Below are positions 18,856 through 29,780 of a stretch of DNA of 64,000 bases, piece by piece (the first letter of the stretch is position 1; each line of letters starts with the position of its first letter). The translations under genes and the position numbers were made by a program. The notes under the pieces are model-generated. The model had not been told where the DNA came from, ran no database searches, and saw only the letters and a list, made by a program, of their open reading frames with translations. Source of the DNA: Microcoleaceae cyanobacterium (GTDB lineage Bacteria; Cyanobacteriota; Cyanobacteriia; Cyanobacteriales; Microcoleaceae); the NCBI GenBank assembly GCA_049647265.1, contig JBARXJ010000015.1, positions 1 to 64,000 on the forward strand. Direction: 5' to 3'.

Positions 18856-21537
18856 ATGTCTTTTTCTCCTAAGTTTCTCACAGGTGATGAAATTCGGCAA
18901 AAATTTCTCAACTTTTATGCTGAACGAAATCATAAAATTATGCCAAGTGGATCGCTTGTTCCTGAAGATCCAACCGTCCTATTAACTATCGCTGGGATGT
19001 TACCCTTTAAGCCGATCTTTTTAGGGCAAAAACCCCGTGAAGTTCCTCGCGCTACCACTTCTCAGAAATGTATCCGAACCAACGATATTGAAAACGTCGG
19101 ACGAACTGCCCGTCACCATACATTTTTTGAAATGTTAGGTAATTTTAGCTTTGGGGATTATTTTAAACAACAGGCTATTAGTTGGGGTTGGGAACTCTCT
19201 ACAGAAGTATTTGGTTTACCGCCAGAACGTTTAATTGTTAGCGTGTTTAAAGATGATGATGAAGCCTTTAATATCTGGCGCGATAACATTGGTATTCCCG
19301 CCCACCGCATCCAACGCATGGGAGAAGCAGATAACTTTTGGAAATCTGGCCCCACTGGCCCTTGTGGCCCCTGTTCAGAAATTTATTATGATTTTCATCC
19401 GGAATTAGGGGATAAAAATATTGACTTAGAAGATGATACGCGGTTTATCGAGTTTTATAACTTGGTTTTCATGCAATATAACCGTGATGCCGATGGCAAT
19501 TTAACTCCGTTACAAAATCAAAATATTGATACGGGAATGGGGTTAGAACGGATGGCGCAAATCTTACAACAAGTGCCGAATAATTATGAAACGGATCTGA
19601 TTTTTCCGATTATTAAAACCGCTGCTGAAATTGCCGGAATTGATTATAGTAAAAGTGACGATAAAACCCAAGTTTCACTGAAAGTGATTGGCGATCATGT
19701 GCGGGCTGTGGTTCATTTAATTACGGATGGGGTAACGGCTTCTAATATTGGTCGAGGTTATGTCTTACGCCGCCTCATTCGTCGTGTGGTTCGTCATGGA
19801 CGGTTAATTGGAATAGAAGGTGAATTTACCACAAAAGTTGCTGAAACTGCGATCAATCTTTCTGAAGCAGTTTATCCGAATGTTAGACAACGAGAAGCAG
19901 TGATAATAGCAGAATTACAACGGGAAGAATCTCGCTTCCTTGAAACCTTAGAACGGGGTGAGAAACTGTTAGCAGAAATGATGGAAAAAGTTTTAAGTCA
20001 AGATGAGTCAATCCCCCCTCAGTCCCCCCTTCAAAAGGGGGGAGGTGTGATATCAGGAAAAGATGCATTTATTTTATATGATACTTATGGTTTTCCGCTG
20101 GAATTAACCCAAGAAATTGCCGAAGAACAGGGTTTAACCGTGGATGCTGAGGGCTTTGAAACGGAGATGGAAGAACAACGTCGCCGTTCTAAAGATGCCC
20201 ATGAAACGATAGATTTAACCGCTCAAGGCAGTTTAGATAAATTAGCAGGATCAATTCTTCCTACGGCATTTTTAGGGCATACAGAACCGTTATCAGAGGC
20301 GGTTATTGCTGCTATTTTAGTAGGTGGAAAATCGGTAGAGTCGGCTGAAGCCGGAACAGAAGTTCAGATAGTTTTAGATCAAACGCCATTTTATGCAGAG
20401 TCTGGCGGACAAATTGGCGATCGCGGTTATTTAGTGGTTGATGATACGATTGTCCGGATTGAAGATGTACAAAAAGAATCGAATATTTTCATTCATATTG
20501 GATATATTGAACGGGGAATATTATCAACGGGAATGACCGTCAATGCCCGCATAGATCGCGCTTGTCGTCGTCGCGCCCAAGCTAATCATACCGCAACCCA
20601 TTTATTGCAAGCCGCGTTACGTTCTATTGTTGATTCTAACATCTCGCAAGCGGGTTCAATGGTGTCTTTTGATCGGTTGCGGTTTGACTTTAATTGTCCT
20701 CGTAATTTAACCGCAGAAGAACTACAAGAAGTGGAGGATAAAGTGAATAGTTGGATCGCTGAAGCACATCCGGCAATTGTCGCAGAAATGCCCATAGAAG
20801 AAGCCAAAGCAAAAGGTGCGATCGCTATGTTTGGTGAGAAGTATAGTGATGTCGTTCGGGTAGTAGATTATCCGGGGGTTTCGATGGAATTATGCGGCGG
20901 AACTCATGTAGGAAATACAGCCGAAATAGGCTTATTTAAGATTATCTCAGAAACCGGAATTTCATCAGGAATTCGACGCATAGAAGCAGTAGCAGGACAG
21001 TCTGTTTTAGACTATTTAAATGTGCGAGATAATGTGGTGAAAGAATTAAGCGATCGCTTTAAAGCAAAACCGGAAGAATTACCGGATCGCATTACTAATT
21101 TGCAAACTGAGTTAAAAAATACTCAGAAACAATTAGACGCGGCTAAAGCAGAAATAGCGATCGCAAAATCCGATCAATTATTAGCAGAAGCTGAAACTGT
21201 TGGCGAGTTTAAAATTATCGTCGCAGAGTTGGAAAATGCTGATGCAAATTCCCTCACGACTGCTGCTGAAAGGTTGCAACAAAAGTTAGGTGAAGCAGCG
21301 GTTATATTGGGATCTTCTCCTGCCGAAGGTAAAGTCAGTTTAGTGGCGGCATTTAGTCCGAAAGTTCATAAGGAGAAGAAATTACAAGCCGGAAAATTCA
21401 TCGGCAGTATCGCTAAAATTTGCGGCGGTGGCGGCGGTGGACGACCGAATTTAGCCCAAGCTGGCGGACGCGATCCGAGTAAGTTAAAAGAGGCATTAGA
21501 GAGTGCAAAATCTCAGTTAATTGAGGCGTTAGGGTAG
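18856..21537 (+). CDS. alaS: Alanine--tRNA ligase
   Basis: Class II aaRS motifs, HxxxH...CGGTH editing domain, C-terminal DHHA1 GGGGGRP. 893 aa. Confidence 0.95.
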   Translation: MSFSPKFLTGDEIRQKFLNFYAERNHKIMPSGSLVPEDPTVLLTIAGMLPFKPIFLGQKPREVPRATTSQKCIRTNDIENVGRTARHHTFFEMLGNFSFGDYFKQQAISWGWELSTEVFGLPPERLIVSVFKDDDEAFNIWRDNIGIPAHRIQRMGEADNFWKSGPTGPCGPCSEIYYDFHPELGDKNIDLEDDTRFIEFYNLVFMQYNRDADGNLTPLQNQNIDTGMGLERMAQILQQVPNNYETDLIFPIIKTAAEIAGIDYSKSDDKTQVSLKVIGDHVRAVVHLITDGVTASNIGRGYVLRRLIRRVVRHGRLIGIEGEFTTKVAETAINLSEAVYPNVRQREAVIIAELQREESRFLETLERGEKLLAEMMEKVLSQDESIPPQSPLQKGGGVISGKDAFILYDTYGFPLELTQEIAEEQGLTVDAEGFETEMEEQRRRSKDAHETIDLTAQGSLDKLAGSILPTAFLGHTEPLSEAVIAAILVGGKSVESAEAGTEVQIVLDQTPFYAESGGQIGDRGYLVVDDTIVRIEDVQKESNIFIHIGYIERGILSTGMTVNARIDRACRRRAQANHTATHLLQAALRSIVDSNISQAGSMVSFDRLRFDFNCPRNLTAEELQEVEDKVNSWIAEAHPAIVAEMPIEEAKAKGAIAMFGEKYSDVVRVVDYPGVSMELCGGTHVGNTAEIGLFKIISETGISSGIRRIEAVAGQSVLDYLNVRDNVVKELSDRFKAKPEELPDRITNLQTELKNTQKQLDAAKAEIAIAKSDQLLAEAETVGEFKIIVAELENADANSLTTAAERLQQKLGEAAVILGSSPAEGKVSLVAAFSPKVHKEKKLQAGKFIGSIAKICGGGGGGRPNLAQAGGRDPSKLKEALESAKSQLIEALG

Positions 21538-21579
21538 TTTATCGGGGTGGGCATTGCCCACCTTACTATTTAAAATATA

Positions 21580-21822
21580 ATGAGGATAAATATGTCTTCA
21601 ACTGTGAAAATATTGTATGACAAAGAAGGAGATTTTCTCGAAGTCACTTTTTCAGATAAACCCGGTTATATGAGAGAAACAGATAATGATGCAATTATGG
21701 AACGAGTCGATCGAGATGGAAATTTGTTAGGTTTTTCTGTATTAGCGGTGAGTCGTCTTTCAACCGATCGGCCATTAATTGCAGAGTTAGTTGCTAGTGT
21801 TAAAGACTCAAAGAATAAATAG
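21580..21822 (+). CDS. DUF2283-domain protein
   Basis: 80 aa with ILYDKEGDFLEVTFSD ... DGNLLGFSVLAVSRL, which is typical of DUF2283. Confidence 0.6.
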   Translation: MRINMSSTVKILYDKEGDFLEVTFSDKPGYMRETDNDAIMERVDRDGNLLGFSVLAVSRLSTDRPLIAELVASVKDSKNK

Positions 21823-21860
21823 TAATTTTAAGGATGATCTTGATTAAAAATAATTTGTAA

Positions 21861-22514
21861 TTATGGACGAGCAAATTTATTCAGTTCTTCAACCAGTAAA
21901 TGTACTGTTGTGGAAGGATTATCTATTGCAGGCTGAGGCGGGTTATATTGTTCTAAAAGCTTCTTAGCATTTTTAATCGCTTGCAGTTGTAATCTTTCTA
22001 AATACTCATACATATTACTATCATTTTTCTGATATTGCTGATTTTTCTTAATCAAATTTGCTTTTATAAGTTTTTCAGTAAGTTCTTTTTGATATTCTTT
22101 GCGAGACATTGCTGTGTCACGATAGTCAAAATGTAGAATATACCAAATCTCAAAAGCTTCGTTAGAATAAGCAACTTTAATATTATTTTTTTTAGCAATA
22201 TCTAAAGCTTGATTAAATTGTTCTTTTGAAAATGAGTTTTTATCAAAAACACACCATACTTGATCATAGTCTCCATCATCTTCTTTTAACTTAATGGCTT
22301 CTTTAACCAAATTTACTGTATTTTCTCCTATGCCTCTAATATCTAGTTCTACTACATTTTTAGGTACACGAAAATGCTTAAAATAATTCGGTTCAGTTTT
22401 ACTCCCTTCACACACAATTAAAAATCGCTGTATTTTATCTCTAGAATTTACTGTTCTATTTTTATAGGCGCGAGATTTTCTTCTATTGTTATTTTTAGAA
22501 GATTTAGGATTCAT
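21861..22514 (-). CDS. RloB-family protein (AbiLii/RloB-like, Toprim-related)
   Basis: Hallmark N-terminal motif LIVCEGSKTEPNYF. 217 aa. Overlaps the upstream ATPase gene by 11 nt. Confidence 0.75.
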   Translation of the reverse strand: MNPKSSKNNNRRKSRAYKNRTVNSRDKIQRFLIVCEGSKTEPNYFKHFRVPKNVVELDIRGIGENTVNLVKEAIKLKEDDGDYDQVWCVFDKNSFSKEQFNQALDIAKKNNIKVAYSNEAFEIWYILHFDYRDTAMSRKEYQKELTEKLIKANLIKKNQQYQKNDSNMYEYLERLQLQAIKNAKKLLEQYNPPQPAIDNPSTTVHLLVEELNKFARP

Positions 22515-23808
22515 TATTTTCTGACTTAATAACTTGACTTAAATCTCCAATGAAGGGAATAGCGCCATATCTACCTTTAATATAATCATTTTCACTGATA
22601 TCATCATTATCGATTTTATACTCCACTAAAGAATATAAATCTGTAGCGCCTTGTCTATCTTTTTCTGTAAACCATATTTGATCTCTTCTAAAGATTTTAT
22701 CTGTCAGTAAATTAGTGTCATGAGTCATAAAAATAAGTTGTGCATTATTTGTATTAGTTATTTTAGAATTAAATAAATCAATAATAGTTCGCGTAATTAA
22801 TGGATGGAGTCTTGCATCTAATTCATCAATGACTAATACTTCTCCTTGTCTTAGGGTTTCTAAAATTGGGCCAGTGAAAGCAAATAACTTTTGTGTTCCA
22901 TCTGACTCATTTCTATCTAAATCAAACTTTTCTATGGAAACAACTTTACCTTTAGAATCATATTTTTCGTGAAATGTATTAATATCATGAGTTCTTGATT
23001 TTAATATTACAGAATTAACAAATAACTGTATTACTCTTTCTGGAAAACTAGGTAATTCTTCTGAAACTAGCTTTCTAGCTTTTACATCAATATTATCTAT
23101 TCCTAAATCAAGCTTTTGAATTAACTGAATAATGTCAGAGCTATTTTTCTCAAAATATGTAATTGTGTATGTCTTATATACTTCACTATCTCTATTAAAT
23201 AGAACATTGAGCTTTTTATCAAAAAAAAATAAACTTTTCCGAGATATTTCTCCATTAAACTGAGCAACAACAGAAAGAAAAAGAGCATTATTTCTAGTTT
23301 TACTAAAAATACTATCTCCTTCATTAAAACCTTTATTGATTTTGATTTTATCTTTTTTTCTTTCAAAGAGCTTAAATTCTTTTATTTTAGGGACATGAAA
23401 TAACCATTCAGAGACTACCTGCTTTCTATTAACTTCAAATCCATATCGATATATTCTATTATCTTCTAAAAAAACAATTTCAAAAAAAGAAGGTTTATTC
23501 TCAGTCTCAGTGCTTAATCTGAAAATTTCGACATTAATTGAGTCTGTAATTTGTGTTTCTCGTGATGAATTCAGCACAAACCATCGCATAAAATGAATGG
23601 CTTTTACTAAATTACTTTTGCCACTGGCATTTGCGCCATAAACCGCAGCACTTTTTAATAAAGTTAACTCTTCATCAACGTGAATTAGATTATTTTCATC
23701 TAGCTTATTATTTAATGATGCTTCATTTGCAGCCACCATACTAAAAGTGACTTTGTCTTTAAAAGATAAGTAATTAGCCACGCTGAATTCTATCAGCATA
23801 ATACTCAA
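22504..23808 (-). CDS. AAA_21-type (SMC/ABC-like) ATPase (AbiLi/RloA-like)
   Basis: N-terminal IEFSVANYLSFKD, Walker A GANASGKS, C-terminal VLVIDELDARLHP (Walker B / D-loop). 434 aa, about 30% GC. Confidence 0.8.
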   Translation of the reverse strand: MSIMLIEFSVANYLSFKDKVTFSMVAANEASLNNKLDENNLIHVDEELTLLKSAAVYGANASGKSNLVKAIHFMRWFVLNSSRETQITDSINVEIFRLSTETENKPSFFEIVFLEDNRIYRYGFEVNRKQVVSEWLFHVPKIKEFKLFERKKDKIKINKGFNEGDSIFSKTRNNALFLSVVAQFNGEISRKSLFFFDKKLNVLFNRDSEVYKTYTITYFEKNSSDIIQLIQKLDLGIDNIDVKARKLVSEELPSFPERVIQLFVNSVILKSRTHDINTFHEKYDSKGKVVSIEKFDLDRNESDGTQKLFAFTGPILETLRQGEVLVIDELDARLHPLITRTIIDLFNSKITNTNNAQLIFMTHDTNLLTDKIFRRDQIWFTEKDRQGATDLYSLVEYKIDNDDISENDYIKGRYGAIPFIGDLSQVIKSENNES

Positions 23809-24056
23809 AAAATAATAATTAAAACTTATAACTTAAGATATAATCGAAAGTTTTATCTAAATTATACCCTGTTGTGTATACTTATACAACTCATCTAGCT
23901 TCATAGCTTACTTAAAAATATATTCTAAATTGTTAATGAGTTCTAGAATTAGTCAAACAAAAAGATAATACTTAAATAGAGTGTGATTAAATCATTGGAC
24001 AGACTGATTCTCATCTATAGACTTATAATAAACTAATAAACTCATCCTAATAGTAC

Positions 24057-24695
24057 TTGATGAAAATTTTAATAGTTGAAGATGACCCGATGATGCAACT
24101 AGGGTTAGAACAAATCTTATCCAAAAAGTCTAATTTAACAATCATTGGAATAGCTGAAGATGGCTATATGGGGGTTGAAATGGCACTGCAACAACAACCA
24201 GATATAGTGTTAATGGATATTGGTTTACCTCGCCTTGATGGTATCGAAGCAACCCAGCGAATTAAGCAAGCAGCGCCTGATATTCGGGTGGTGATGTTAA
24301 CCTCTCATAGTGCGGAAACAGAGGTTGTTGCAGCGTTATCCAGTGGTGCAGATGCTTATTGTATTAAGGGAAAGAACACAGATCGGATCTTTTCTGCTAT
24401 TCAAGCGGCTTACGAGGGAGCCACTTATCTTGATCCACAAATTGCTCGGTTAGTAGTAGATCGTTTACAACCTTCAATATCATCTCATCCACCCATTCAA
24501 ACCAATTTATCTGAACGAGAAATGCAAGTTTTAAACTTATTAGTCGAAGGTAAAAGTAATCCTCAAATTGCCAAAGAATTGTATTTAAGTCCGAATACAA
24601 TTAAAGTTCACGTTCGGGGAATTATGAATAAATTAACAGTTGACGATCGCGTACAGGCGGCGGTAGTCGCGTTACGATCTGGACTGGTTCAGTAA
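24057..24695 (+). CDS. Two-component response regulator, NarL/FixJ (LuxR HTH) family
   Basis: REC domain (ILIVEDDP...D54-like) plus a C-terminal LuxR HTH LSEREMQVLNLLVEGKSNPQIAKELYLSPNTIKVH. Confidence 0.85.
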   Translation: MMKILIVEDDPMMQLGLEQILSKKSNLTIIGIAEDGYMGVEMALQQQPDIVLMDIGLPRLDGIEATQRIKQAAPDIRVVMLTSHSAETEVVAALSSGADAYCIKGKNTDRIFSAIQAAYEGATYLDPQIARLVVDRLQPSISSHPPIQTNLSEREMQVLNLLVEGKSNPQIAKELYLSPNTIKVHVRGIMNKLTVDDRVQAAVVALRSGLVQ

Positions 24696-24791
24696 CTATT
24701 TTAATATCAGATAAAAAAAGAGACATTCTCAATAGAACATCTCTGTGAAACAGTTAACAGATCGCTAAATTATTCTGTTACGAAGAATTTA

Positions 24792-25430
24792 CTATTCCAA
24801 TTCAGAGGGGGGTAAAATGACTGCGTCAATGGCATGAATAACACCGTTGCTTGCTAGAATATCGGCTTGAGTCACAGTTGCATCGTTGATCATGACTGCT
24901 TGAGTCGTTTCATCAACCTGAATATTGATCGCTTCACCTTGAACTGTTTCTACTGCACCTGGTGCAATTTCAGTGGACAGGACTTGAGTCGGTACAACGT
25001 GGTAAGTTAACAGCTTAACTAACTGATCTTTGTTTTCGGGCTTGAGTAACTCTTCAACAGTTCCTTCGGGTAACGCAGCGAAGGCTTCGTCTGTGGGAGC
25101 AAATACGGTGTAAGGACCATCTCCAGAAAGAACTTCTGCTAAGTCTGCGGCACTGAGTGCTGCAACTAAAGTGCTGAATGTATCGTCTTGGCTAGCAACT
25201 CCAACAATTGTGTCTACTGCGGCATCGTTAGCGACAGGAGTTGCAGCGGTGTCTGCATCCAGTGTAGGCGCTTCAGCAGTGGTTGTATCGGGTGTTTCTA
25301 CAGCTTGCTCTTCAGTTGTCGTATTTTCAGCGGTAGGAGTCGTACCACCACAAGCAGCTAAGAAGGAAACAGCTCCTACAGCGGTGAGTAGAACAAAAGC
25401 TTTTTTGGTAATTACAGAGATGTTAGTCAT
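24792..25430 (-). CDS. Fasciclin (FAS1)-domain lipoprotein
   Basis: Lipobox LAACGG, Thr/Ala-rich linker, FAS1 motifs ([22 protein letters not shown]). Confidence 0.78.
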   Translation of the reverse strand: MTNISVITKKAFVLLTAVGAVSFLAACGGTTPTAENTTTEEQAVETPDTTTAEAPTLDADTAATPVANDAAVDTIVGVASQDDTFSTLVAALSAADLAEVLSGDGPYTVFAPTDEAFAALPEGTVEELLKPENKDQLVKLLTYHVVPTQVLSTEIAPGAVETVQGEAINIQVDETTQAVMINDATVTQADILASNGVIHAIDAVILPPSELE

Positions 25431-25659
25431 ATCAGCTTGTAAAACAAATTAACGAGAGAATAACAAATTGTTTCTCGATTTGCGGTAATTATAACAAATT
25501 CTAAACAAATGTCAAGCTTAAATTTTCATAAAGTGTGGTACAATAATTTATTTTGATATTGCCATCTATCCATAGGTATAAATCATTATTTGTCTGGGCG
25601 TAAGATTGAGAACCAATTGAGCATAAACTATAAACCTGTAACTCAACTGATCTCGATCA

Positions 25660-26517
25660 ATGAAGATTCAAGGAACCACTAAATTATTGGGTGTGATCGG
25701 TTATCCTGTGGAACATTCCCTATCTCCGGTAATGCACAATGCAGCGATCGCTCATTTAGGAGAAGATTACGTTTATCTGCCCTTACGCATTTCTCCAAAC
25801 GACTTAAGTACTGCCTTAGAAGGCTTTGCTGCAATGGGTGTGCGAGGGTTTAGTATTACCATCCCTCACAAACAGGCCATTATTCCCCTATTATCAGAAG
25901 TCTCTACCGTGGCTCAGTCCGTGGGGGCGGTGAATACAGTTTGGTCTAAACCCGACGGTTGGGGGGGAACAAATACCGATGTTGTGGGATTTATTGCTCC
26001 GTTACAAGCTTATGAGGTGGACTGGAATTCAAAGAAAGTCGTCATTTTAGGTAATGGCGGCGCTGCTCGAGCTGTAGTGGCTGGATGTGCTCAATTAGGT
26101 TTAGGTGAAATTCATGTCGTCGGGCGTAACGCTGAAAAATTAGCCCAGTTTCAAACCAGTTGGTTAGAGTCTCCGATGGCAGTTTGTCTAAAAATCCATC
26201 TTTGGGAGGAATTATCAACTTTAATGGCAGAAACTGATTTATTAGTTAATACAACCCCAGTGGGTATGTTTCCCCATGGCGATCGCTCTCCCGTTGACGA
26301 GAGGGTGATGGATCAGCTTCGACCCGCTACAATTGTTTATGATTTAATATATCGCCCCAGTCCGACTCAATTTCTTAAGTTTGCGGAGCTGCGAGGCGCG
26401 ATCGCCATTGATGGGTTAGAAATGTTAGTCCAACAAGGGGCAGCAGCGTTAGAAATCTGGTTAAAGCAACCTGTCCCCGTTGAGGTGATGCGCGAGGCTT
26501 TACAACAGCAGCTTTAA
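25660..26517 (+). CDS. aroE: Shikimate dehydrogenase
   Basis: GVIGYPVEHSLSP N-terminus, NTD motif, GNGGAARA Rossmann. Confidence 0.88.
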   Translation: MKIQGTTKLLGVIGYPVEHSLSPVMHNAAIAHLGEDYVYLPLRISPNDLSTALEGFAAMGVRGFSITIPHKQAIIPLLSEVSTVAQSVGAVNTVWSKPDGWGGTNTDVVGFIAPLQAYEVDWNSKKVVILGNGGAARAVVAGCAQLGLGEIHVVGRNAEKLAQFQTSWLESPMAVCLKIHLWEELSTLMAETDLLVNTTPVGMFPHGDRSPVDERVMDQLRPATIVYDLIYRPSPTQFLKFAELRGAIAIDGLEMLVQQGAAALEIWLKQPVPVEVMREALQQQL

Positions 26518-26653
26518 AATCAAAAAGGAGAAACTCGGGGACGAGGTAAGAGGGAGAAGAGGAGAGGAGGAGAGGAGGAGAGGAGGTACTTTAGGTCATG
26601 GAGAAAAATCCAATCCTACACCCTACACCCTATTTTTTTCGGTTTCCTCTAAC

Positions 26654-27853
26654 TTAGAGTGATGAATAAGAGGTACTTTTTAACTTTTGTTCACGGAATT
26701 TAATATGGAAAGTAACCCCTTGATAATTTCGCTGAAGCTCTATAGTTCCTTGTAGTTGTTTAATTAAAAGTCGCACTAATGTTAAGCCTAAAGATGTAGA
26801 TGTTTCCCAATTAAACCCCTCAGGAAAACCTATTCCGTTATCTTGAATCATCAGGTTATATCTCTGAAGACTATCCTGTTTTAGAACTATTTTAATTTCT
26901 CCGATGAGCTGATGAGTAAAAGCATATTTTATTGTATTTGTGACTAATTCATTGATAATCATACCGCAAGGAATTGCGGTTTCAATATTGAGGTAAATTT
27001 CATCCATATCAAACTTCAGTTCAATCTGAGCAGAACTATCGCTACAAAAATAAAATAAACTACTAACGAGCTGTCTAATATAGTCTCTACAATTAATCTG
27101 CGAAAGGGTTTGAGATTGATAGAGTTGTTCATGGACTAAAGCAATACTATGAACTCTATTTTTACTATTCTCAAAAACTTCAATAACTTTCGGATCATTA
27201 AATAATTTTGACTGTAAACTGAGTAAACTAATAATCACATTAAGATTATTTTTAACGCGATGATGTACTTCTTTTAATAACGTTTCTTTTTCATGAAGAG
27301 AAATCTTAAGCTGTTCATTACTGAGTCGGAGTTGAGCGGCACGCTGATCGACTAAAGTTTCTAGTTTCTGATTAAGCTGTTGCAGTGCCATTTCCGTCGT
27401 CACTCGTTGTTTAACTTCTGTTTGTAAACGATGATTTTGTTGTTCTAATGTTTGAGTTAATGCACGTAATTGTAAATGAACTCGAACTCGGGCTAAAAGC
27501 TCCTCTTTTTGAATGGGTTTTGTAATATAATCAACAGCTCCTAGTTGAAACCCCATAACTTTATTTTGCATCTCAGATAATGCCGTCATAAAAATAATCG
27601 GAATATCTCGAGTTTCTTGATCTTGCTTGAGTTGACGACAGGTTTCAAAGCCATCAATATCAGGCATAATCACATCGAGTAAAATTAAATCAGGATGGGT
27701 ATATTTTGCACGCATTAATCCACTTTTACCCGTACCAGAGACTGAAATAGTTAAACCAAATTCTTCTAGAAAATTAACCGCGATCGCTAAGTTGGCGGGA
27801 TTATCATCAATCACTAATATTTTCGAGTTCTCTAAATTTAATGGATTACTCAT
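26654..27853 (-). CDS. Hybrid signalling protein: N-terminal REC domain + coiled coil + HisKA_2/HWE-type histidine kinase
   Basis: REC (ILVIDDNP...D). H-box VHHRVKNNLNVIISLLSLQS. HATPase (ELVTNTIKYAF...IQDNGIG). Confidence 0.75.
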   Translation of the reverse strand: MSNPLNLENSKILVIDDNPANLAIAVNFLEEFGLTISVSGTGKSGLMRAKYTHPDLILLDVIMPDIDGFETCRQLKQDQETRDIPIIFMTALSEMQNKVMGFQLGAVDYITKPIQKEELLARVRVHLQLRALTQTLEQQNHRLQTEVKQRVTTEMALQQLNQKLETLVDQRAAQLRLSNEQLKISLHEKETLLKEVHHRVKNNLNVIISLLSLQSKLFNDPKVIEVFENSKNRVHSIALVHEQLYQSQTLSQINCRDYIRQLVSSLFYFCSDSSAQIELKFDMDEIYLNIETAIPCGMIINELVTNTIKYAFTHQLIGEIKIVLKQDSLQRYNLMIQDNGIGFPEGFNWETSTSLGLTLVRLLIKQLQGTIELQRNYQGVTFHIKFREQKLKSTSYSSL

Positions 27854-28009
27854 CTTAAAAGCAATAGGTTTATCTATTTAACATTGCGGTAAATATAACG
27901 GCTGTATCGCTACATATACATTCCAAAATGCTCGGGTAATCAGCTAGGAATATTATCTATCTCTACACCTTACCACCGACTTTCTACCTTCACCAGTTAT
28001 CAATCATGA

Positions 28010-28053
28010 ATTTCTTTAACAAAATAAGCCTCGCACAACGAATATTATGCGAG
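28010..28053 (-). terminator. Putative intrinsic terminator downstream of hpf
   Basis: On the minus strand, a CCTCGCA...TGCGAGG hairpin is followed by a CUUAUUUUGUU tract. Confidence 0.4.
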
Positions 28054-28123
28054 GAAAATGACATCTTTTTAAAGTCCCATTAACTCTTTCAAAGTCTAAT
28101 TCAAGCTGATAGGATTAAACTAA

Positions 28124-28789
28124 TCAGTGAGCTGGATGAGGGGGGGTAAGAGTCGGTGCGTCATGAGCGACTTTACCATTTTGATAGTTGGCACTCTGAC
28201 TAGAGTCTTGACTAGAACCCTGACGGGGTAATATTAATCCATAGCCGCCATGGTGCATGCGCTTGTAAATCACATTCATTTCACCGGTTTGTGAGTTACA
28301 GAACATATAGAAGTCATGATCGATCAGTTGAAGCTGTTCTAGGGCATCTTGAACCGTCATGGGTGGCATCGAGAAATATTTGGTTCGGACAACTTCCTCG
28401 GGTAATTCTGGAGTACGGTTGCCGATGAGATCTTCGACTAAAGGTTGATCCTCTACCACTTCACTCATTTTGGGTGGATGAGGATGCTTCTGAGAGCGTT
28501 TCTCCTTGTATTTGCGTAGTTGACGAGAAATTTTATCTGCAACTAAGTCAATGCTGGCATAAAGATTTTCGCTACTCTCTTGAGCTCGAATCACCGTACC
28601 ATTGGCATAAATGGTAACTTCTGCAGTTTGTTTAGGATTGATCCGAGGGTTCCGTGCAATTGACAAATGAACATCTACTTCCGTTGTCAGTTGTTGGTAA
28701 TGATTAACCGCCTTTGTAATTTTCTGATGCACGTACTCACGAATTGCATCTGTAATTTCAAGATTTTTACCCTGGATTACAAGCTTCAT
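28124..28789 (-). CDS. hpf: Ribosome hibernation-promoting factor, long form (light-repressed transcript LrtA)
   Basis: [21 protein letters not shown]-terminus with a C-terminal dimerisation domain. 221 aa. Confidence 0.9.
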   Translation of the reverse strand: MKLVIQGKNLEITDAIREYVHQKITKAVNHYQQLTTEVDVHLSIARNPRINPKQTAEVTIYANGTVIRAQESSENLYASIDLVADKISRQLRKYKEKRSQKHPHPPKMSEVVEDQPLVEDLIGNRTPELPEEVVRTKYFSMPPMTVQDALEQLQLIDHDFYMFCNSQTGEMNVIYKRMHHGGYGLILPRQGSSQDSSQSANYQNGKVAHDAPTLTPPHPAH

Positions 28790-29010
28790 ATAGCTTCCTC
28801 CCGCTTCTGATATGGGCTTAAATTAACCTTAACACTTTAGGTTTGCGATACTTGAACCCTTCAAAATCTGTTACATTTTTTTAGAGTTCGTGATAATAAT
28901 TTCCGCTTATTCTGTCAACTGACTTGTAATTACCTCAAGAATCTTGAACGTTTTTGAAGGTGATTTATCTTTTGAACTAAGCCGGAATACCTTATATTTT
29001 AGTACAAATC

Positions 29011-29721
29011 ATGGGTTTAATCTCTCTGACAACCGCCGAGTCGGACTTTTGTTGCAAAATTTATCATTTAGGACAAATTTCTTATCAAACGGCTTGGCAA
29101 TGGCAACGCTTGCTGGTAGATCAACGCCGTCAGCAACCTGAATTAGAAGATCTCGTCCTATTGCTGGAACATCCGCCGGTCTATACCCTGGGGCAGGGAT
29201 CAGATGAAAAGTTCCTCAAGTTTGATCCTCACAACAGTAATTATGAACTGCATCGCATTGAACGAGGGGGAGAAGTCACGTATCATTGTCCTGGACAATT
29301 AGTTGGGTATCCGATTTTAAATTTACGTCGTTATCGCCAAGATTTACATTGGTATTTACGACAATTGGAAGAAGTGATTATTCAAACTTTAGCCATTTAT
29401 GGACTTGAAGGCAGACGAATTTCGGGTTTAACTGGGGTTTGGGTGAATGATACCAAAGTGGCTGCAATTGGAATTAAGGTCAGTCGTTGGATTACTTTTC
29501 ATGGTTTTGCACTGAATGTTTGTCCTGATTTAAGTGGTTTTGAACGAATTGTTCCTTGTGGAATAACAGATAAATCAGTGGGTAAATTAAGCGATTTTAT
29601 CCCAGATTTAACCGTCGAGATAGTGAGAGAAACAATTGTCAGTGTTTTTGCTAAAGTATTTAATATTAATTGTGTTTTAGGTCAGGTTCAAGATAATCCT
29701 TTGTTTTCTCAAATCGTTTAA
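29011..29721 (+). CDS. lipB: Octanoyltransferase (lipoyl(octanoyl) transferase)
   Basis: LipB motifs [12 protein letters not shown] and conserved K/C region. 236 aa. Confidence 0.85.
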   Translation: MGLISLTTAESDFCCKIYHLGQISYQTAWQWQRLLVDQRRQQPELEDLVLLLEHPPVYTLGQGSDEKFLKFDPHNSNYELHRIERGGEVTYHCPGQLVGYPILNLRRYRQDLHWYLRQLEEVIIQTLAIYGLEGRRISGLTGVWVNDTKVAAIGIKVSRWITFHGFALNVCPDLSGFERIVPCGITDKSVGKLSDFIPDLTVEIVRETIVSVFAKVFNINCVLGQVQDNPLFSQIV

Positions 29722-29780
29722 TCATTGATCAATCATATTTTGCTTAATATCTTATAGATTAATTATGGATAAAAATCACA

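Noticed and set aside
23121-23366. 81-aa ORF inside the AAA_21 ATPase gene
   Set aside because: It is in another frame of the same strand region, inside a gene with intact ATPase motifs. The Lys/Phe/Leu-rich sequence is an AT-rich frame artefact.
21823-24056. A prophage or integrative element around the AT-rich islet
   Set aside because: The islet carries only the ATPase/RloB pair. There is no integrase, structural or replication gene, no tRNA, and no evident flanking direct repeats. It looks like a minimal defence islet and not a prophage or ICE.
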